DNA of 64,000 nucleotides from Phycisphaerae bacterium (GCA_024102815.1 JAGFJJ010000069.1:271116-335115); one strand, 5' to 3'; counted from the stretch's first letter, positions 28,626 to 38,574 are shown. Numbers and translations are program-made. The notes: generated from the sequence alone by a model not told the origin.

Positions 28626-29087
28626 TCAAGCGCCCTCTTCAGCAGTGATTCGTACGCTCCGCGGCTTGGCCGTTTCCGATTTGGGGATGATGACCTCCAG
28701 CACGCCCCCACGGCACCGCGCGGTGAGCTGGTCAGGGTCAATATCCTCAGGCAGATCGAGCGTCCTGCAGAACGAGCCATAACGCCGCTCGGTGCGGACC
28801 GCTTTGCCTCCGGTACCCACGTCGCTGGGACGCAGCTTCTCACCACGAATGCTCAACGTCTTGCCAACGTGCGTGACTTCGACGTGCGCCGGATCGACCC
28901 CGGGCAGCTCCATGAGCAGGCGGAATCGTTCATCCTCTTCGTACAGGTCCAGCGGAGGCCCCCACTCCTGCCCGTCGAAGGGACCGGCGGAGACACCGGA
29001 GTGCATCACGCGATCGAAGAACTTGTTCATCTCTTCCTGTAGGCTTCCCAAAGAAACCTGAACGTCAGAGAAGGGGCGAAAAGGCAT
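28626..29087 (-). CDS. Hsp20/alpha-crystallin small heat-shock protein
   Basis: PPLDLYEEDERFRLLMELPGVD...GVLEVIIPK alpha-crystallin domain. ATG 29087 with AAGGA upstream (the track starts at TTG 29102). Confidence 0.9.
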   Translation of the reverse strand: MPFRPFSDVQVSLGSLQEEMNKFFDRVMHSGVSAGPFDGQEWGPPLDLYEEDERFRLLMELPGVDPAHVEVTHVGKTLSIRGEKLRPSDVGTGGKAVRTERRYGSFCRTLDLPEDIDPDQLTARCRGGVLEVIIPKSETAKPRSVRITAEEGA

Positions 29088-29136
29088 GTTACGTCCTTTC
29101 AAAGTTGTTCGTCTCGGCTCGCGGGAACGAGGGGCA

Positions 29137-29838
29137 TTATACCTCTTCAGGGTCGAAACGGTCGAGTCCGCCCACTTCTTTGCGCAGCTCCTCGATCAAG
29201 CCGGTCAACTGCTCGACCTGAGACTCCAGTGTGGACACTCGATCGAGCAGGGCTTCGACATCGGCGGGACTCGAGCGGTCCACCGACTCGTGGTACGTAT
29301 CCTCTTGAGACGGCGATGGAAGCGCCGCGGGCGAGACGACCTCGGCACCCTCACCAAGCAGGTGTCGGTAACGGTTTGCCGATCTGCCCGGTTCGCGCCT
29401 CAATTCCTCGACGAAAGGCGTTTCGCCCCCCATGAGTCCATTCAGGATCGCGTGAACCCCGTGCATGTCGGGAAAAGCCGTCATGCGGGAGGCGTGGGCG
29501 CGGAGCTCCCCGGCCGTCTGCCTGCCGCGAAGGATCAGCTCCGCCATCAAGGCCTGTTCCCGCGGATCCCAATGAAGCTTCTCCACGACATTGTGCACGA
29601 AACGATTGGCCCGGGCGCCATGTGGGGGCGGCGCCTCCCGAACGAGACCGGCGAGAATCAGCGAATGCAGCGCCCGAGCAACGTCCGCCTCCGAATGGTC
29701 CGTCACTGGATCGCGGTTCTGCTTCTGGTTCGCCCCGACCACGAGGGCGTTGAGCGTCATCGGGTAGCTGCCCGGCGTGGTCATGGCCTTCTCCAGCAGC
29801 ACGCCGAGTACGCGAAGTTCGATTTCGCCGAGTTTCAT
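29137..29838 (-). CDS. YceH/UPF0502 (DUF480) family protein
   Basis: MKLGEIELRVLGVLLEKAMTTPGSYPMTLNAL, and a second wHTH-like repeat (ALMAELILRGRQTAGELR). Confidence 0.85.
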   Translation of the reverse strand: MKLGEIELRVLGVLLEKAMTTPGSYPMTLNALVVGANQKQNRDPVTDHSEADVARALHSLILAGLVREAPPPHGARANRFVHNVVEKLHWDPREQALMAELILRGRQTAGELRAHASRMTAFPDMHGVHAILNGLMGGETPFVEELRREPGRSANRYRHLLGEGAEVVSPAALPSPSQEDTYHESVDRSSPADVEALLDRVSTLESQVEQLTGLIEELRKEVGGLDRFDPEEV

Positions 29839-29901
29839 GCCACATATCCCCAGGGCTCAATCAGCCGAGTCGATGAATCGTTCGAGCGCAATGGGCAGAA
29901 T

Positions 29902-31098
29902 CTACTCCCGGTGCATGACAGGGATCACTTCGCGGCGCAGCTCCTCACGCGATGGAGACTGGGCGTCCCTCAGGAGTCGCCCGCTGTCGTCCCGCCGCTC
30001 AAACAATGAGTTATACGCGAAGATCGCGTAATGTCTCCCGTACGCATGAGCACATTGGAGCTGCTCACGCACAATTCTTCCGGGGCGCTTGTCGAACATG
30101 ATGCCCTGCACGACACGGCCGCGCCCGATGGCCGCCCAATCTCGCGCACGGCGCTCGAACTCCGCGGGCGATGCGTCATAGTTCATGGGAAAGACGGCGT
30201 CGACCAGGCCTTGCGCCAGCCAGCGACGTGAATCCTGGTAGTATGCACGGTAGGAGCGCTCAGGGTCCGCACCGACGGCCGCGCTGAGCATGATTCCCGG
30301 CTTGATCCGCTCCTGCATCGCTCGGATGTCCGCCACGAGCCGAGTGACCTGAGCTGCTCGCCATCGGGTCCAGAGCGCCGGATCGTCGTCGGGACGCTTG
30401 CCAGTCGCGGCTTGATACGATGCCAGCGTCCGGCGGTCGCGCGGGTAGTCAGGGACCGCCTGACCAGGTGCATAGGCCGGGCTCGGATCGACGGGCAGCC
30501 GAATATAATCCAAGTGAAGGCCATCGATCGGATAGCGAGCGACGATCTCCCGCATGACGTCCGTCAGATAGCGGCGGACTTCCGGATATGTGGGATTCAG
30601 GCTGCAATACCACCCGAGTGGCTGGCGCTGTCCGTTTTCGTCCCGGAGAAACCACTCAGGTCGTGCATTGTAGAGTTGACGCGGATTCCCGGGCGGCTTC
30701 TTCCCGTACCATGCGGGCATGACGTTGGCCCAGGCGTGAAGGCGCACCCCCCGCTTGTGCGCTTCGCGGCAGGCAACGCTCAAGGGATCAAACCCCGGGT
30801 CATGCCCTCCGAGTTCATCCGCCCAAGGCTCGAGACGCGACCGGTAGAAGGCGGCGCCGGCGCCACGCACCTGAAACAGGACATCCGTAAAGCCAGCTCG
30901 ACGGCAATTCTCCATGACCGCCGCGATATCCGAGGGCGTTCGATAGTCCCATCTCGTAACCCACACGGCGCGGACCGGTCGGCTCGCCGATAGCTCGGTC
31001 GTCCGGTTGAGACCGTGACATCCGGAAACCGCGGCCAGGGCAACCGGCAATACGCAATACAGGAACAAGATACGCCGAGAGCGAATCCAACCAGGCAT
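29902..31098 (-). CDS. GHL10 (DUF187/YngK-like) glycoside-hydrolase-like lipoprotein
   Basis: ATG 31098 with AAGGAG upstream gives MPGWIRSRRILFLYCVLPVALAAVSGC (lipobox). VRAVWVTRWDY, FTDVLFQVRG, HAWANVMPAW TIM-barrel-like pattern. Confidence 0.65.
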   Translation of the reverse strand: MPGWIRSRRILFLYCVLPVALAAVSGCHGLNRTTELSASRPVRAVWVTRWDYRTPSDIAAVMENCRRAGFTDVLFQVRGAGAAFYRSRLEPWADELGGHDPGFDPLSVACREAHKRGVRLHAWANVMPAWYGKKPPGNPRQLYNARPEWFLRDENGQRQPLGWYCSLNPTYPEVRRYLTDVMREIVARYPIDGLHLDYIRLPVDPSPAYAPGQAVPDYPRDRRTLASYQAATGKRPDDDPALWTRWRAAQVTRLVADIRAMQERIKPGIMLSAAVGADPERSYRAYYQDSRRWLAQGLVDAVFPMNYDASPAEFERRARDWAAIGRGRVVQGIMFDKRPGRIVREQLQCAHAYGRHYAIFAYNSLFERRDDSGRLLRDAQSPSREELRREVIPVMHRE

Positions 31099-31301
31099 GG
31101 GACTCCTTTCCTTGTGGACTTCCTTGCCGCTTGCCGGGGTGTCTTCATTCTCCGCTACCCCGGTCCGGCGGGCAATGGACGGCCAGTCCGCTCCACGGAG
31201 CAACGGCCTCTCTCTACCTTCGCTGCGTCGAGCGCTCGAACTTTAGCGAATCCCTGCAAGGGACTGTTGTCAGGGGAGCGACCGATTCCCCGGGTGCACC
31301 A

Positions 31302-33014
31302 TCAAGGTACGGGCGATGCAACCGCCTCGCGGACGGCCGTTTCGAGTATCGGGGGCAGGCCTCCGAGGGAATCCGACTCGGAGACTCCGCCCTGCCCGGA
31401 GATTGCGCTTCCGTTGTTCAGCGACTCGACGGTTTCTTTGATACGCCGTTCGATTGATCGGCGATCACGAGTCACGACCTGTCGGAGGGCAAGAACCGCC
31501 CGCGGGTCGAATTGCGTGCCGCTATGGGCGTCCAGCTCGTCCAGCGCCGCATTGATCGGACGGCGCGCCCGATAGGCACAATCCGTGGTCATGGCGTCGA
31601 AGGCATCGGCCACGAGCAGGATTCGGGCGCCGATGGGTATGTTTGTCCCCTCAAGCCCTTCCGGAGAGCCGCTGCCGTCGTAGCGTTCCCGCTGGTGCCG
31701 GATGATCTGCATTTCCGCATCGAGGACGCGCAGGTGGCTGACGATACGGGTGCTGATATCTGGAACGCGGGCCAGGATGCGCCTTTCAAACATGGAGAGC
31801 GGCGAACGCTTCATGAGGATCCGGCCGGGAACTCCGATCTTGCCCACATCATGAAGAAGGCTCGCGTTCTGGATTGCCTTGAGAACACCCCGACTGCAAC
31901 CCATCTGCGCGGCGATACATCGCGAATAAAAGGCCACGTTGACCGCGTGCCGCGCCGTGCTGGGGGCTGATTCGTGGAGGGCCTGGAGCAGGGCCGTCAC
32001 GCTCTGGAAGTACATGTCGCGCGTGCGGACGTTTTGTGCGGCAATCTCCCTCCGGAGGCGATCAGCCTCGCCGACCTCCATGCGCACTTCCAACTCCGTG
32101 CGATCATCCAGTTCCACGGCGGCGACAATCTGATCCCGCCCTCGGCGTTTCGCGACGTACAGGGCACGGTCTGCGAGATCGGTCAGATCCGATGCACCGT
32201 TTACTCGAGGATCGTCGGTATCGGCCAACCCGAACGAGGCGGTCACTCGGTGCCCTCGCAGCGCGGGTAGGTTGATTTCTTCAGCAAGGGCCCTGCGGAT
32301 CCGATCCGCGACATGGATGATGTCACCGCAGGTGGCTTCCGGCACGATAATGGCGAACTCCTCGCCGCCAAAGCGTGCCACCGTATCCACTTCGCGCACA
32401 CTGCGGCACAGCACCTCCGCAACGGCCTCAAGCGTCGCGTTCCCGACGAGGTGACCGAAGTTGTCATTGATCGCTTTGAAGTAGTCGAGATCGATCATCA
32501 CCAGGGCCAGAGGATGCCCGAAACGGCGAGATCGATTCACTTCCGCGTCCAGAAGTCGATTGAAATGGTCGTGATTGAAAAGTCCGGTCAGCCCGTCGGT
32601 TACCGCAGCGCGTCGGAGTTTTTCGTGCATGGCCCGGAAACGCAACCCGACGCGGACTCGGGCGACGACTTCGTCCCATCCCGCGAGCTTGCTGACGCAG
32701 TCGTCGGCTCCGCAGTCGAGCAGATCCCGAGTCGTAGCACCAAGAGCGCTGGCATGAAAAACGATGAAGTGCGCTCCATCCAGCTTGGATACTTGCCGCA
32801 CGACGGCGCATAAGTCTACGCTGGACCCGTCCGGCAATTCGTAGGCAGAAACGATGATGGTCGGCCGGCAATTGCGAAGTTGGTCTCGCGCCTGGCCAAT
32901 TGTCCCTGCCTCGATACAACCCAATCCCGCGCGCACCAGCATCCGACCTAACAGACGACGCTGGTCAGGATCACTTTCTACGATCAGGACATCGACTGTT
33001 TGGTCGTCGTGCAA
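31302..33014 (-). CDS. Response regulator receiver - GGDEF - HD-GYP hybrid
   Basis: REC (VLIVESDPDQ...SAYELPDGSS). GGDEF (TGLFNHDHF, RFGGEEFAII). HD domain (HAVNVA, LLHDVGKIGVP, HQRERYDGSGSPEGL). Confidence 0.9.
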   Translation of the reverse strand: MHDDQTVDVLIVESDPDQRRLLGRMLVRAGLGCIEAGTIGQARDQLRNCRPTIIVSAYELPDGSSVDLCAVVRQVSKLDGAHFIVFHASALGATTRDLLDCGADDCVSKLAGWDEVVARVRVGLRFRAMHEKLRRAAVTDGLTGLFNHDHFNRLLDAEVNRSRRFGHPLALVMIDLDYFKAINDNFGHLVGNATLEAVAEVLCRSVREVDTVARFGGEEFAIIVPEATCGDIIHVADRIRRALAEEINLPALRGHRVTASFGLADTDDPRVNGASDLTDLADRALYVAKRRGRDQIVAAVELDDRTELEVRMEVGEADRLRREIAAQNVRTRDMYFQSVTALLQALHESAPSTARHAVNVAFYSRCIAAQMGCSRGVLKAIQNASLLHDVGKIGVPGRILMKRSPLSMFERRILARVPDISTRIVSHLRVLDAEMQIIRHQRERYDGSGSPEGLEGTNIPIGARILLVADAFDAMTTDCAYRARRPINAALDELDAHSGTQFDPRAVLALRQVVTRDRRSIERRIKETVESLNNGSAISGQGGVSESDSLGGLPPILETAVREAVASPVP

Positions 33015-33277
33015 GCGGCACTCCCGACTCGGGCGACGTAAAGAAAGGGACCTGAGAATAACCCGCCGAACCCGTCAGCGTCCGGTAACGACCCTGCCCG
33101 TCATGATGATGCTTCGCTTGTTACATCGGACGCCCCGCGCTCCGCCTGCATCAGGCTGGTGGTGACGTATTTCCCGTGAGGGAAAGCATCCCTGCCGGGC
33201 GTGGAGCGCTCGTGCGATGTCTCGGATAGCTGAAACCCGGGGGGACCGGGGCCGGATTCAGGTTGGGAGGCGCCCGA

Positions 33278-33925
33278 TCAATGCAGTTCTACGTCCCAGT
33301 AGGCGTTGTTCAGAAACTGTTTCCAGGATGAATATCGCTGATCGGACAGCTTGATCGTCACGACGGGATTGCGCCGCGGACGTACCGGCTCCCGAACCAG
33401 AGCCAGGCGGGCCTGATCCGGCGTGCGTCCGCCTTTGCGAACGTTGCAACGCACGCAGGCGCAGACGATGTTCTCCCAGCAGGAGGCCCCGCCCTGCGAA
33501 CGCGGAACGACATGGTCGAGACTTAATTCCGACGTCGGGAAGCGCCGGCCGCAATACTGGCACGTATTGTTATCACGCGCGAAGATGTTGCGGCGGTTGA
33601 ACTTGACTTCTCGCTGCGGCATCCGCGCGAAGCTGAACACGCGCACGATCCGCGGCACAGCAATGTGGAAATGAACGGTTCGAATCCAGTCGTGCTTGGC
33701 GGGCTCGAATTCGTGCCGAAACCGGCTGATTTCGGCCCAATCCTCGAAATCGTACGAGACGTACCGACCGTCCTCGATCGCCACAACTTCTGCGACTGGA
33801 AACGAACTCCGATCTCGTTTGCAAAGAAGGGAAAAAGCACGGCGCGCGTTGATCACCCGCAGCGCCATGTAATGAGCGTTTAGCAGGAGCACGCTGGAAT
33901 CCAGCGCGCTGGCCGGATTGGACAC
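33278..33925 (-). CDS. HNH endonuclease family protein
   Basis: CQYCGRRF...LDHVVPRSQGG...WENIVCACVRCNVRKG HNH motif in the C-terminal half. About 110-aa N-terminal domain of unknown type. Confidence 0.85.
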   Translation of the reverse strand: MSNPASALDSSVLLLNAHYMALRVINARRAFSLLCKRDRSSFPVAEVVAIEDGRYVSYDFEDWAEISRFRHEFEPAKHDWIRTVHFHIAVPRIVRVFSFARMPQREVKFNRRNIFARDNNTCQYCGRRFPTSELSLDHVVPRSQGGASCWENIVCACVRCNVRKGGRTPDQARLALVREPVRPRRNPVVTIKLSDQRYSSWKQFLNNAYWDVELH

Positions 33926-34129
33926 ACTCGATGCTGCGAAGGCGTACCCTCCTCAATGGTGCCGGAACCGATCCGGCGACACAGGGCTGAATTTCGACAT
34001 GTGGGAAGTACTTCCGTAGAACTTCCCCTACCAGTCATTGTACACCCGTTTCCCGCAAGCCTCAATAGAGCGTGCGTCAACGATCGGTTAATTCCGACGC
34101 AAGCTCAGAGAATACCTAGCCAAACGGGC

Positions 34130-34924
34130 TCAAGGCATGATGTCGCCGTGTTTCCCCCCACGCGTGGACGTCGGCCGGGACCTCGGATTCCGAGGTCTTT
34201 CGTGCCCTTCCGGCGCCGCTACCTCACGGGCACGCCGCTGGGTTCTCCGCTTGGAGCTGGCATGCCGCCTGGAAATGAGGCTGACGGCCTCGTCGACGTC
34301 GTCCGTGATATGGAAAAGTTCCAGGTCGGTCGGTCCCACGAACTTGTTGTCGCGCAACTGCTGTTTCATCCAGGAGACGAGCGGATTCCAGAATGCCTCT
34401 CCGAGGAGCACGACAGGAAACGGCTCCACCCGCTCGGTCTGGATCAGGGTCATCGACTCGAAGAACTCGTCCATCGTACCGAATCCGCCCGGGAAGCACA
34501 CGAACGCCACCGCATACTTCACGAACATCACTTTCCGAACGAAGAAGTAGCGGAAGTCCAGGGCAAGATTCTGATACTGGTTAGGCAACTGCTCGTGGGG
34601 CAGTTCGATATTCAGCCCCACGCTCACGCCTCCGGCCTCGGCGGCACCGCGATTGGCGGCCTCCATGATGCCCGGACCGCCCCCGGTGATTACGGAGAAG
34701 TTCTTCCGCGCCAACGCCCGCCCGAGGTCCGCCGCTCGCAGATAATGCACACTGTCCGGCGTCGCTCGAGCCGAACCGAATATCGAGACGCCGGGCGGCA
34801 CCCGTGACATGGTCTCGAATCCCTCGACAAACTCCGACATGATGCGGAATACGCGCCACGTCTCGTCCGCGTAACCCCGCTCGGGAAGCAACTTGCTGGG
34901 CACCGGCGACCCCACCTTTCTCAA
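34130..34924 (-). CDS. LOG family (TIGR00730) nucleotide phosphoribohydrolase
   Basis: WRVFRIMSEFVEGF, IFGSAR, GGGPGIMEAANRGA, PGGFGTMDEFFE. TTG start at 34924; the exact start is uncertain. Confidence 0.9.
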   Translation of the reverse strand: MRKVGSPVPSKLLPERGYADETWRVFRIMSEFVEGFETMSRVPPGVSIFGSARATPDSVHYLRAADLGRALARKNFSVITGGGPGIMEAANRGAAEAGGVSVGLNIELPHEQLPNQYQNLALDFRYFFVRKVMFVKYAVAFVCFPGGFGTMDEFFESMTLIQTERVEPFPVVLLGEAFWNPLVSWMKQQLRDNKFVGPTDLELFHITDDVDEAVSLISRRHASSKRRTQRRAREVAAPEGHERPRNPRSRPTSTRGGKHGDIMP

Positions 34925-35015
34925 AAGACAGAAAACGACACACGCTCGTAGCCCCGAGAGTATACTGAATTCGATAACCGCCGCTCAGTTTGGCACGAGC
35001 GACCCGGTAAAATCG

Positions 35016-35045
35016 TTGACACCGGCGACTCGAACGGCGTACGAT
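35016..35045 (+). promoter_or_regulatory. Candidate sigma70-type promoter of the protease gene
   Basis: TTGACA (35016-35021), 18-nt spacer, TACGAT (35040-35045), about 180 nt upstream of ATG 35226. Confidence 0.3.
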
Positions 35046-35225
35046 CAAGTTGGGTTCGATCGGCGAGCATGCGCGCCGAGTGCATCTCTCGGCAGCCGGC
35101 CGGTCATTCCGATACCTATTCAGCCCCGAGTCTTGTCCCTGGCACGGAATGCCAGGGAATAGTGAGTAATTCAAAGAGGCCCAATCGGATAAGACTTGGC
35201 CATTCGCTGCCACACGGAGAGTATC

Positions 35226-37577
35226 ATGATTTCGTCCGCAACATCCCCCCTTACCATCGCCCGTGGCCAGAAAGGAATTCTGCCCGGCGTCCTGCTCGCC
35301 CTGCTGGCGGCGGCGCCGGTTCTGGCCCAGACCACCACCATGAAGCCCGAGGTCGAGGATCGCGTCAAACGTGCGTCGATCATGATCTTTATGGCCGTTT
35401 CCGAGCGCGAAAAAGGTGACACGCCTCTGGGCTCCGGATCGGGGTTCTTCATCAATGGAACCGGCTTGGCGATAACCAACAACCACGTCGTAGACCCGAC
35501 GCACATGAAAAGCCCGGCCGAGAAACAGAACTTCCATTATCGCGCCGGTCGATTGACCTGGACGGCGATCGTCAACTCCGGCGTGGACGGTGAGGAGAAG
35601 AAGTACGACGCCATGGTCATCTATCAGAATGAGACGGCGGACCAGGCCCTTCTCCAAGTCTATGCCGATGACCAGGGCACGCTGCTGAAGACACCGAATT
35701 ATCTGCGGCTGCTCCCGGAATCCCGTCTGGAGGAGCGCATGCCCGTGTGGGCCTTTGGGTTTCCGGGCGGCCCATCGCAGCGGATCGAGAACAACCTCAA
35801 TCCGAAAGTCTCTATTACCGCCGGAAATGTGCTCCAGTACCCCCGCACGCCCGGCGGACGGATCCGCATGATCTACACGGATGTGATCGCCCGCCCGGGC
35901 AACAGCGGCGGGGCGATGGTCAATGCAGATGGTTATGTCCTTGGCGCGGTCACGCTCATGAAGGCGCCCGAGGGCCGGGAGGATACCGGCGGGGCGAAGT
36001 ACTCGTCTCTGTCACCCGCATCGATTTCGAAAGAGCTCTTGCACAACGCCTTCGTGCTCGGGAAGGTGCCCGCGCACACGGACGTCACGCCGTTCATGAG
36101 CGCCCTGCCCCGCGTCCGCGGGCGGCTTAACGTACCGGAGTACGAGCGCCTCAACGACAAGGATGTGCTCTACTTCAATGATGGTGACCGGATTCACGGG
36201 GCCATCGCAAGCTCCACCATTACCTGGCCGACTTCAGTCGGAACACTGGAGGTCCCGGTCAGTGCCGTGGCCTACATCATCAATAACGATGAAGGATCGC
36301 ATCTGTTTCTGGAGGGCGGCAACTACCTCGCAGCGACGTCGAATGTCAAAGCCACGATCAAGTTCCAGCCCCAAGGCGGTGAACCGACCGATGTGGACGT
36401 GAAGAACGTCGCCGTCATCGGGTTCAAGACAGAGGACCGCGAAATCTCTCCGGTGGAGGGTGACGTCTTCGTGCTCGACTCCGACGCAGGTCATCTTGTC
36501 GTCAAGGGTGTATCCGGCTCGGCCTCCTTTGCCGGACGAATCGGTGCCATTCAGGTCAAGCTCCCCAATCTCATCCGCGCCTCGCGTCAACCCGACGGGT
36601 CCACGGTTGTGTTGATGCAGGACGGCCGGCGGATGACCGGACGGTTCGACGCCGGGAAGTTCGAGGCGACCATCGCCGCGACGGGAACGCCGATCGCCAT
36701 CGACCTCTCCGGCATCAACTGGATGACCGTTCGCGAAGAGCACCAGCAGGCGGGTATTACGGCGGGTTCGACGCTGCTTGACGTTCTCACTGGCGCGGAT
36801 GACCAGGTCCTTCAGACGGCTCGGGACCTCCAGGGCGGCGATCTTGCGAAAGCACGGGAGACGGTGAATCAGCTTACCGACTCCAGCACCATGAAGAAAT
36901 TCACCGACGCGAAGAAAGACCAGGTACGCTTACTCGAAGCGGTGCTGCTGCTTCGTGAAGGCAGATACGATGAGTCCACCCGTGCCTTTCGGCGCGTGGC
37001 CCGAGCCGATGACAACAACCTGGCTGCTTTTGCGTCCGGCTACGGCATGGTCCTGAAGGAAAACGAGCGGACCGGTTACGAATTCGACGGCAAACCCTTC
37101 AGCGATCGGCAGGCTTTCCAGCGAGCCGGGCTAGAGACGGCACGGCGCGTCGTCGCGGAAGCCCGCAGCGCAATCAAAGACGCCCGCGGGCGCGAAGGCA
37201 AGAATCGTGGCGAATACGCCCGCACAATCGGCGATGTGAAGAAGTACGAGGATGTCCTGACCGGAGCTGCCGTGTTCATCGGAACCGATGCCGAAGATGT
37301 ACTGGTTCGCTTGTGGAAAGTCGCCATCGACACCGGATACAGAGAGCTGGATCGCTTGGAGAAGGTCGAGCAGGAACAGCAAGAGGACGCGCGGGGCGGC
37401 AGTCGAAAGGGACGCGGATCAAACCTCCTTGCCCAGCGTGAAATGGACGAGATCAAGCGCCTCCGTGAAGACACTGAAGAGACCCTGCGGACCTATTACT
37501 TCAAGCGCTTCGACTACGGATTTCGAATTGAGGATCCGGACATCCAGGCACTCAAGGAGAAGAAGGCCGACGTGTAG
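35226..37577 (+). CDS. Secreted trypsin-like (S1) serine protease with long C-terminal extension
   Basis: ATG 35226 (GGAGA upstream) gives a signal peptide ending ...AAAPVLAQ. Triad contexts ITNNHVV (His), DQALLQV (Asp), RPGNSGGAMV (Ser). About 550 aa of beta-rich then helical extension. Confidence 0.8.
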   Translation: MISSATSPLTIARGQKGILPGVLLALLAAAPVLAQTTTMKPEVEDRVKRASIMIFMAVSEREKGDTPLGSGSGFFINGTGLAITNNHVVDPTHMKSPAEKQNFHYRAGRLTWTAIVNSGVDGEEKKYDAMVIYQNETADQALLQVYADDQGTLLKTPNYLRLLPESRLEERMPVWAFGFPGGPSQRIENNLNPKVSITAGNVLQYPRTPGGRIRMIYTDVIARPGNSGGAMVNADGYVLGAVTLMKAPEGREDTGGAKYSSLSPASISKELLHNAFVLGKVPAHTDVTPFMSALPRVRGRLNVPEYERLNDKDVLYFNDGDRIHGAIASSTITWPTSVGTLEVPVSAVAYIINNDEGSHLFLEGGNYLAATSNVKATIKFQPQGGEPTDVDVKNVAVIGFKTEDREISPVEGDVFVLDSDAGHLVVKGVSGSASFAGRIGAIQVKLPNLIRASRQPDGSTVVLMQDGRRMTGRFDAGKFEATIAATGTPIAIDLSGINWMTVREEHQQAGITAGSTLLDVLTGADDQVLQTARDLQGGDLAKARETVNQLTDSSTMKKFTDAKKDQVRLLEAVLLLREGRYDESTRAFRRVARADDNNLAAFASGYGMVLKENERTGYEFDGKPFSDRQAFQRAGLETARRVVAEARSAIKDARGREGKNRGEYARTIGDVKKYEDVLTGAAVFIGTDAEDVLVRLWKVAIDTGYRELDRLEKVEQEQQEDARGGSRKGRGSNLLAQREMDEIKRLREDTEETLRTYYFKRFDYGFRIEDPDIQALKEKKADV

Positions 37578-37605
37578 GCCTTGCGAAAACGGCAACAACC
37601 ACCTG

Positions 37606-37637
37606 CCCGGGCGAAAACCACCTTCGCCCGGGTTTTT
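37606..37637 (+). terminator. Rho-independent terminator after the protease gene
   Basis: CCCGGGCGAA (37606-37615), loop aaccacc, TTCGCCCGGG (37623-37632), then TTTTT. It lies 29 nt after the TAG at 37575-37577. Confidence 0.75.
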
Positions 37638-37841
37638 CATTCATACTGAATAGTGCGCGACGGGGCGCTGCCCTCGTCTTGAGGCGTTCCCTGCCAAGAT
37701 AGTCGCTTTTCAGTGTTGCGAGAGGCAATTTCGGCGGAGCTTCCGGAATCGCTCCGCGCCGGGACAGGCTCCGGCCGATAAGTGCTTCCGTCGGATTCGG
37801 ATCAGACGATCAGTCATCGCTTTCCAGCCACGGAGCCTGCC

Positions 37842-38240
37842 ATGTCTCGACGTGCAAATCGTGATCGGAGCGGGAAGGCCCGGCGAGCTCGCACGCGCCA
37901 ACGAGCGGCCCTTGTGCTTGCCCGCCAGAGCATCGAGGAGTACCTGGATTCGGACAGCCCGCAGGGTGCAAGCCGCAATGGCCCAGAGCCCGTCGTCGGT
38001 CGGTACCAATTTCATCCGACCGCTTCCTTCGTCGAAAGGTCGGACCTCCGCAAGCCTGACCAGTTCGAATTCGCCTACGAAGCGACATCCGCGACCAGAG
38101 CCGTGTCCTGCCCAAGTGCCGCGCGCGGAAAGGGAAGGATCCGAAGCCGGTTCTCCATGGCGAGGTTTCTTTTCGGACTGCTCATTGGAGGAGCCGCCGC
38201 GTCGGTCATCCTCCTGCTGGTACAGTGGGGCGCCGGGTAG
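37842..38240 (+). CDS. Hypothetical small protein, Arg-rich N-terminus and C-terminal TM helix
   Basis: ATG 37842 (MSRRANRDRSGKARRARTRQR...) ending FLFGLLIGGAAASVILLLVQWGAG. It competes with a 277-aa antisense ORF, and by-eye GC3 does not discriminate between them. Confidence 0.35.
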   Translation: MSRRANRDRSGKARRARTRQRAALVLARQSIEEYLDSDSPQGASRNGPEPVVGRYQFHPTASFVERSDLRKPDQFEFAYEATSATRAVSCPSAARGKGRIRSRFSMARFLFGLLIGGAAASVILLLVQWGAG

Positions 38241-38574
38241 CCCGAGCACTGACCAGTTGCCATCTCCAAGCCTTACGAGGGTACGCGGGGATTGTCGCAA
38301 GCCGTTCCGGTTCGGCGCGCGAGGCGCCCCACAAGAGGCCCCAGAACGCCTCCGCCTCTGCCCGCTCTGCATCACCGATTCCCAGCCGACTTCGCCCTGC
38401 ATGCCTCGCTGCACCCTCCGGGTTATCGGCCTGAGGCAAAGGCCGCGGACCAAGACAAGCGTCTGTGCCGCGATGGTGACACTCTCATAACCTGTTACCG
38501 GACTTCCAAGCCAGCACGTCCAATAATCACACAATGCCAGCATGTGGCACTGTTATCAGACTGTACCATTTTCA

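Noticed and set aside
35137-35157. TGGCAC...TGC resembling a sigma-54 -24/-12 element
   Set aside because: The GG-to-GC spacing is two nucleotides shorter than the canonical TGGCACG-N4-TTGC arrangement. The sequence is better explained as an 8-bp hairpin (CCCTGGCA-cggaa-TGCCAGGG) in the protease leader.
34581-35657. 358-aa minus-strand ORF bridging the LOG 5' end, the intergenic region and the protease 5' end
   Set aside because: It crosses a promoter-containing intergenic region and overlaps two well-supported genes. The sequence is Arg/Gly-rich and low-complexity.
37710-38543. 277-aa minus-strand ORF in the gap after the protease gene
   Set aside because: It has no motif, no signal and no RBS that I could see, and it runs through the candidate promoter region. 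By-eye third-position GC does not favour it over the plus-strand 37842-38240 ORF. It is left unannotated, and the plus ORF is itself only weakly supported.
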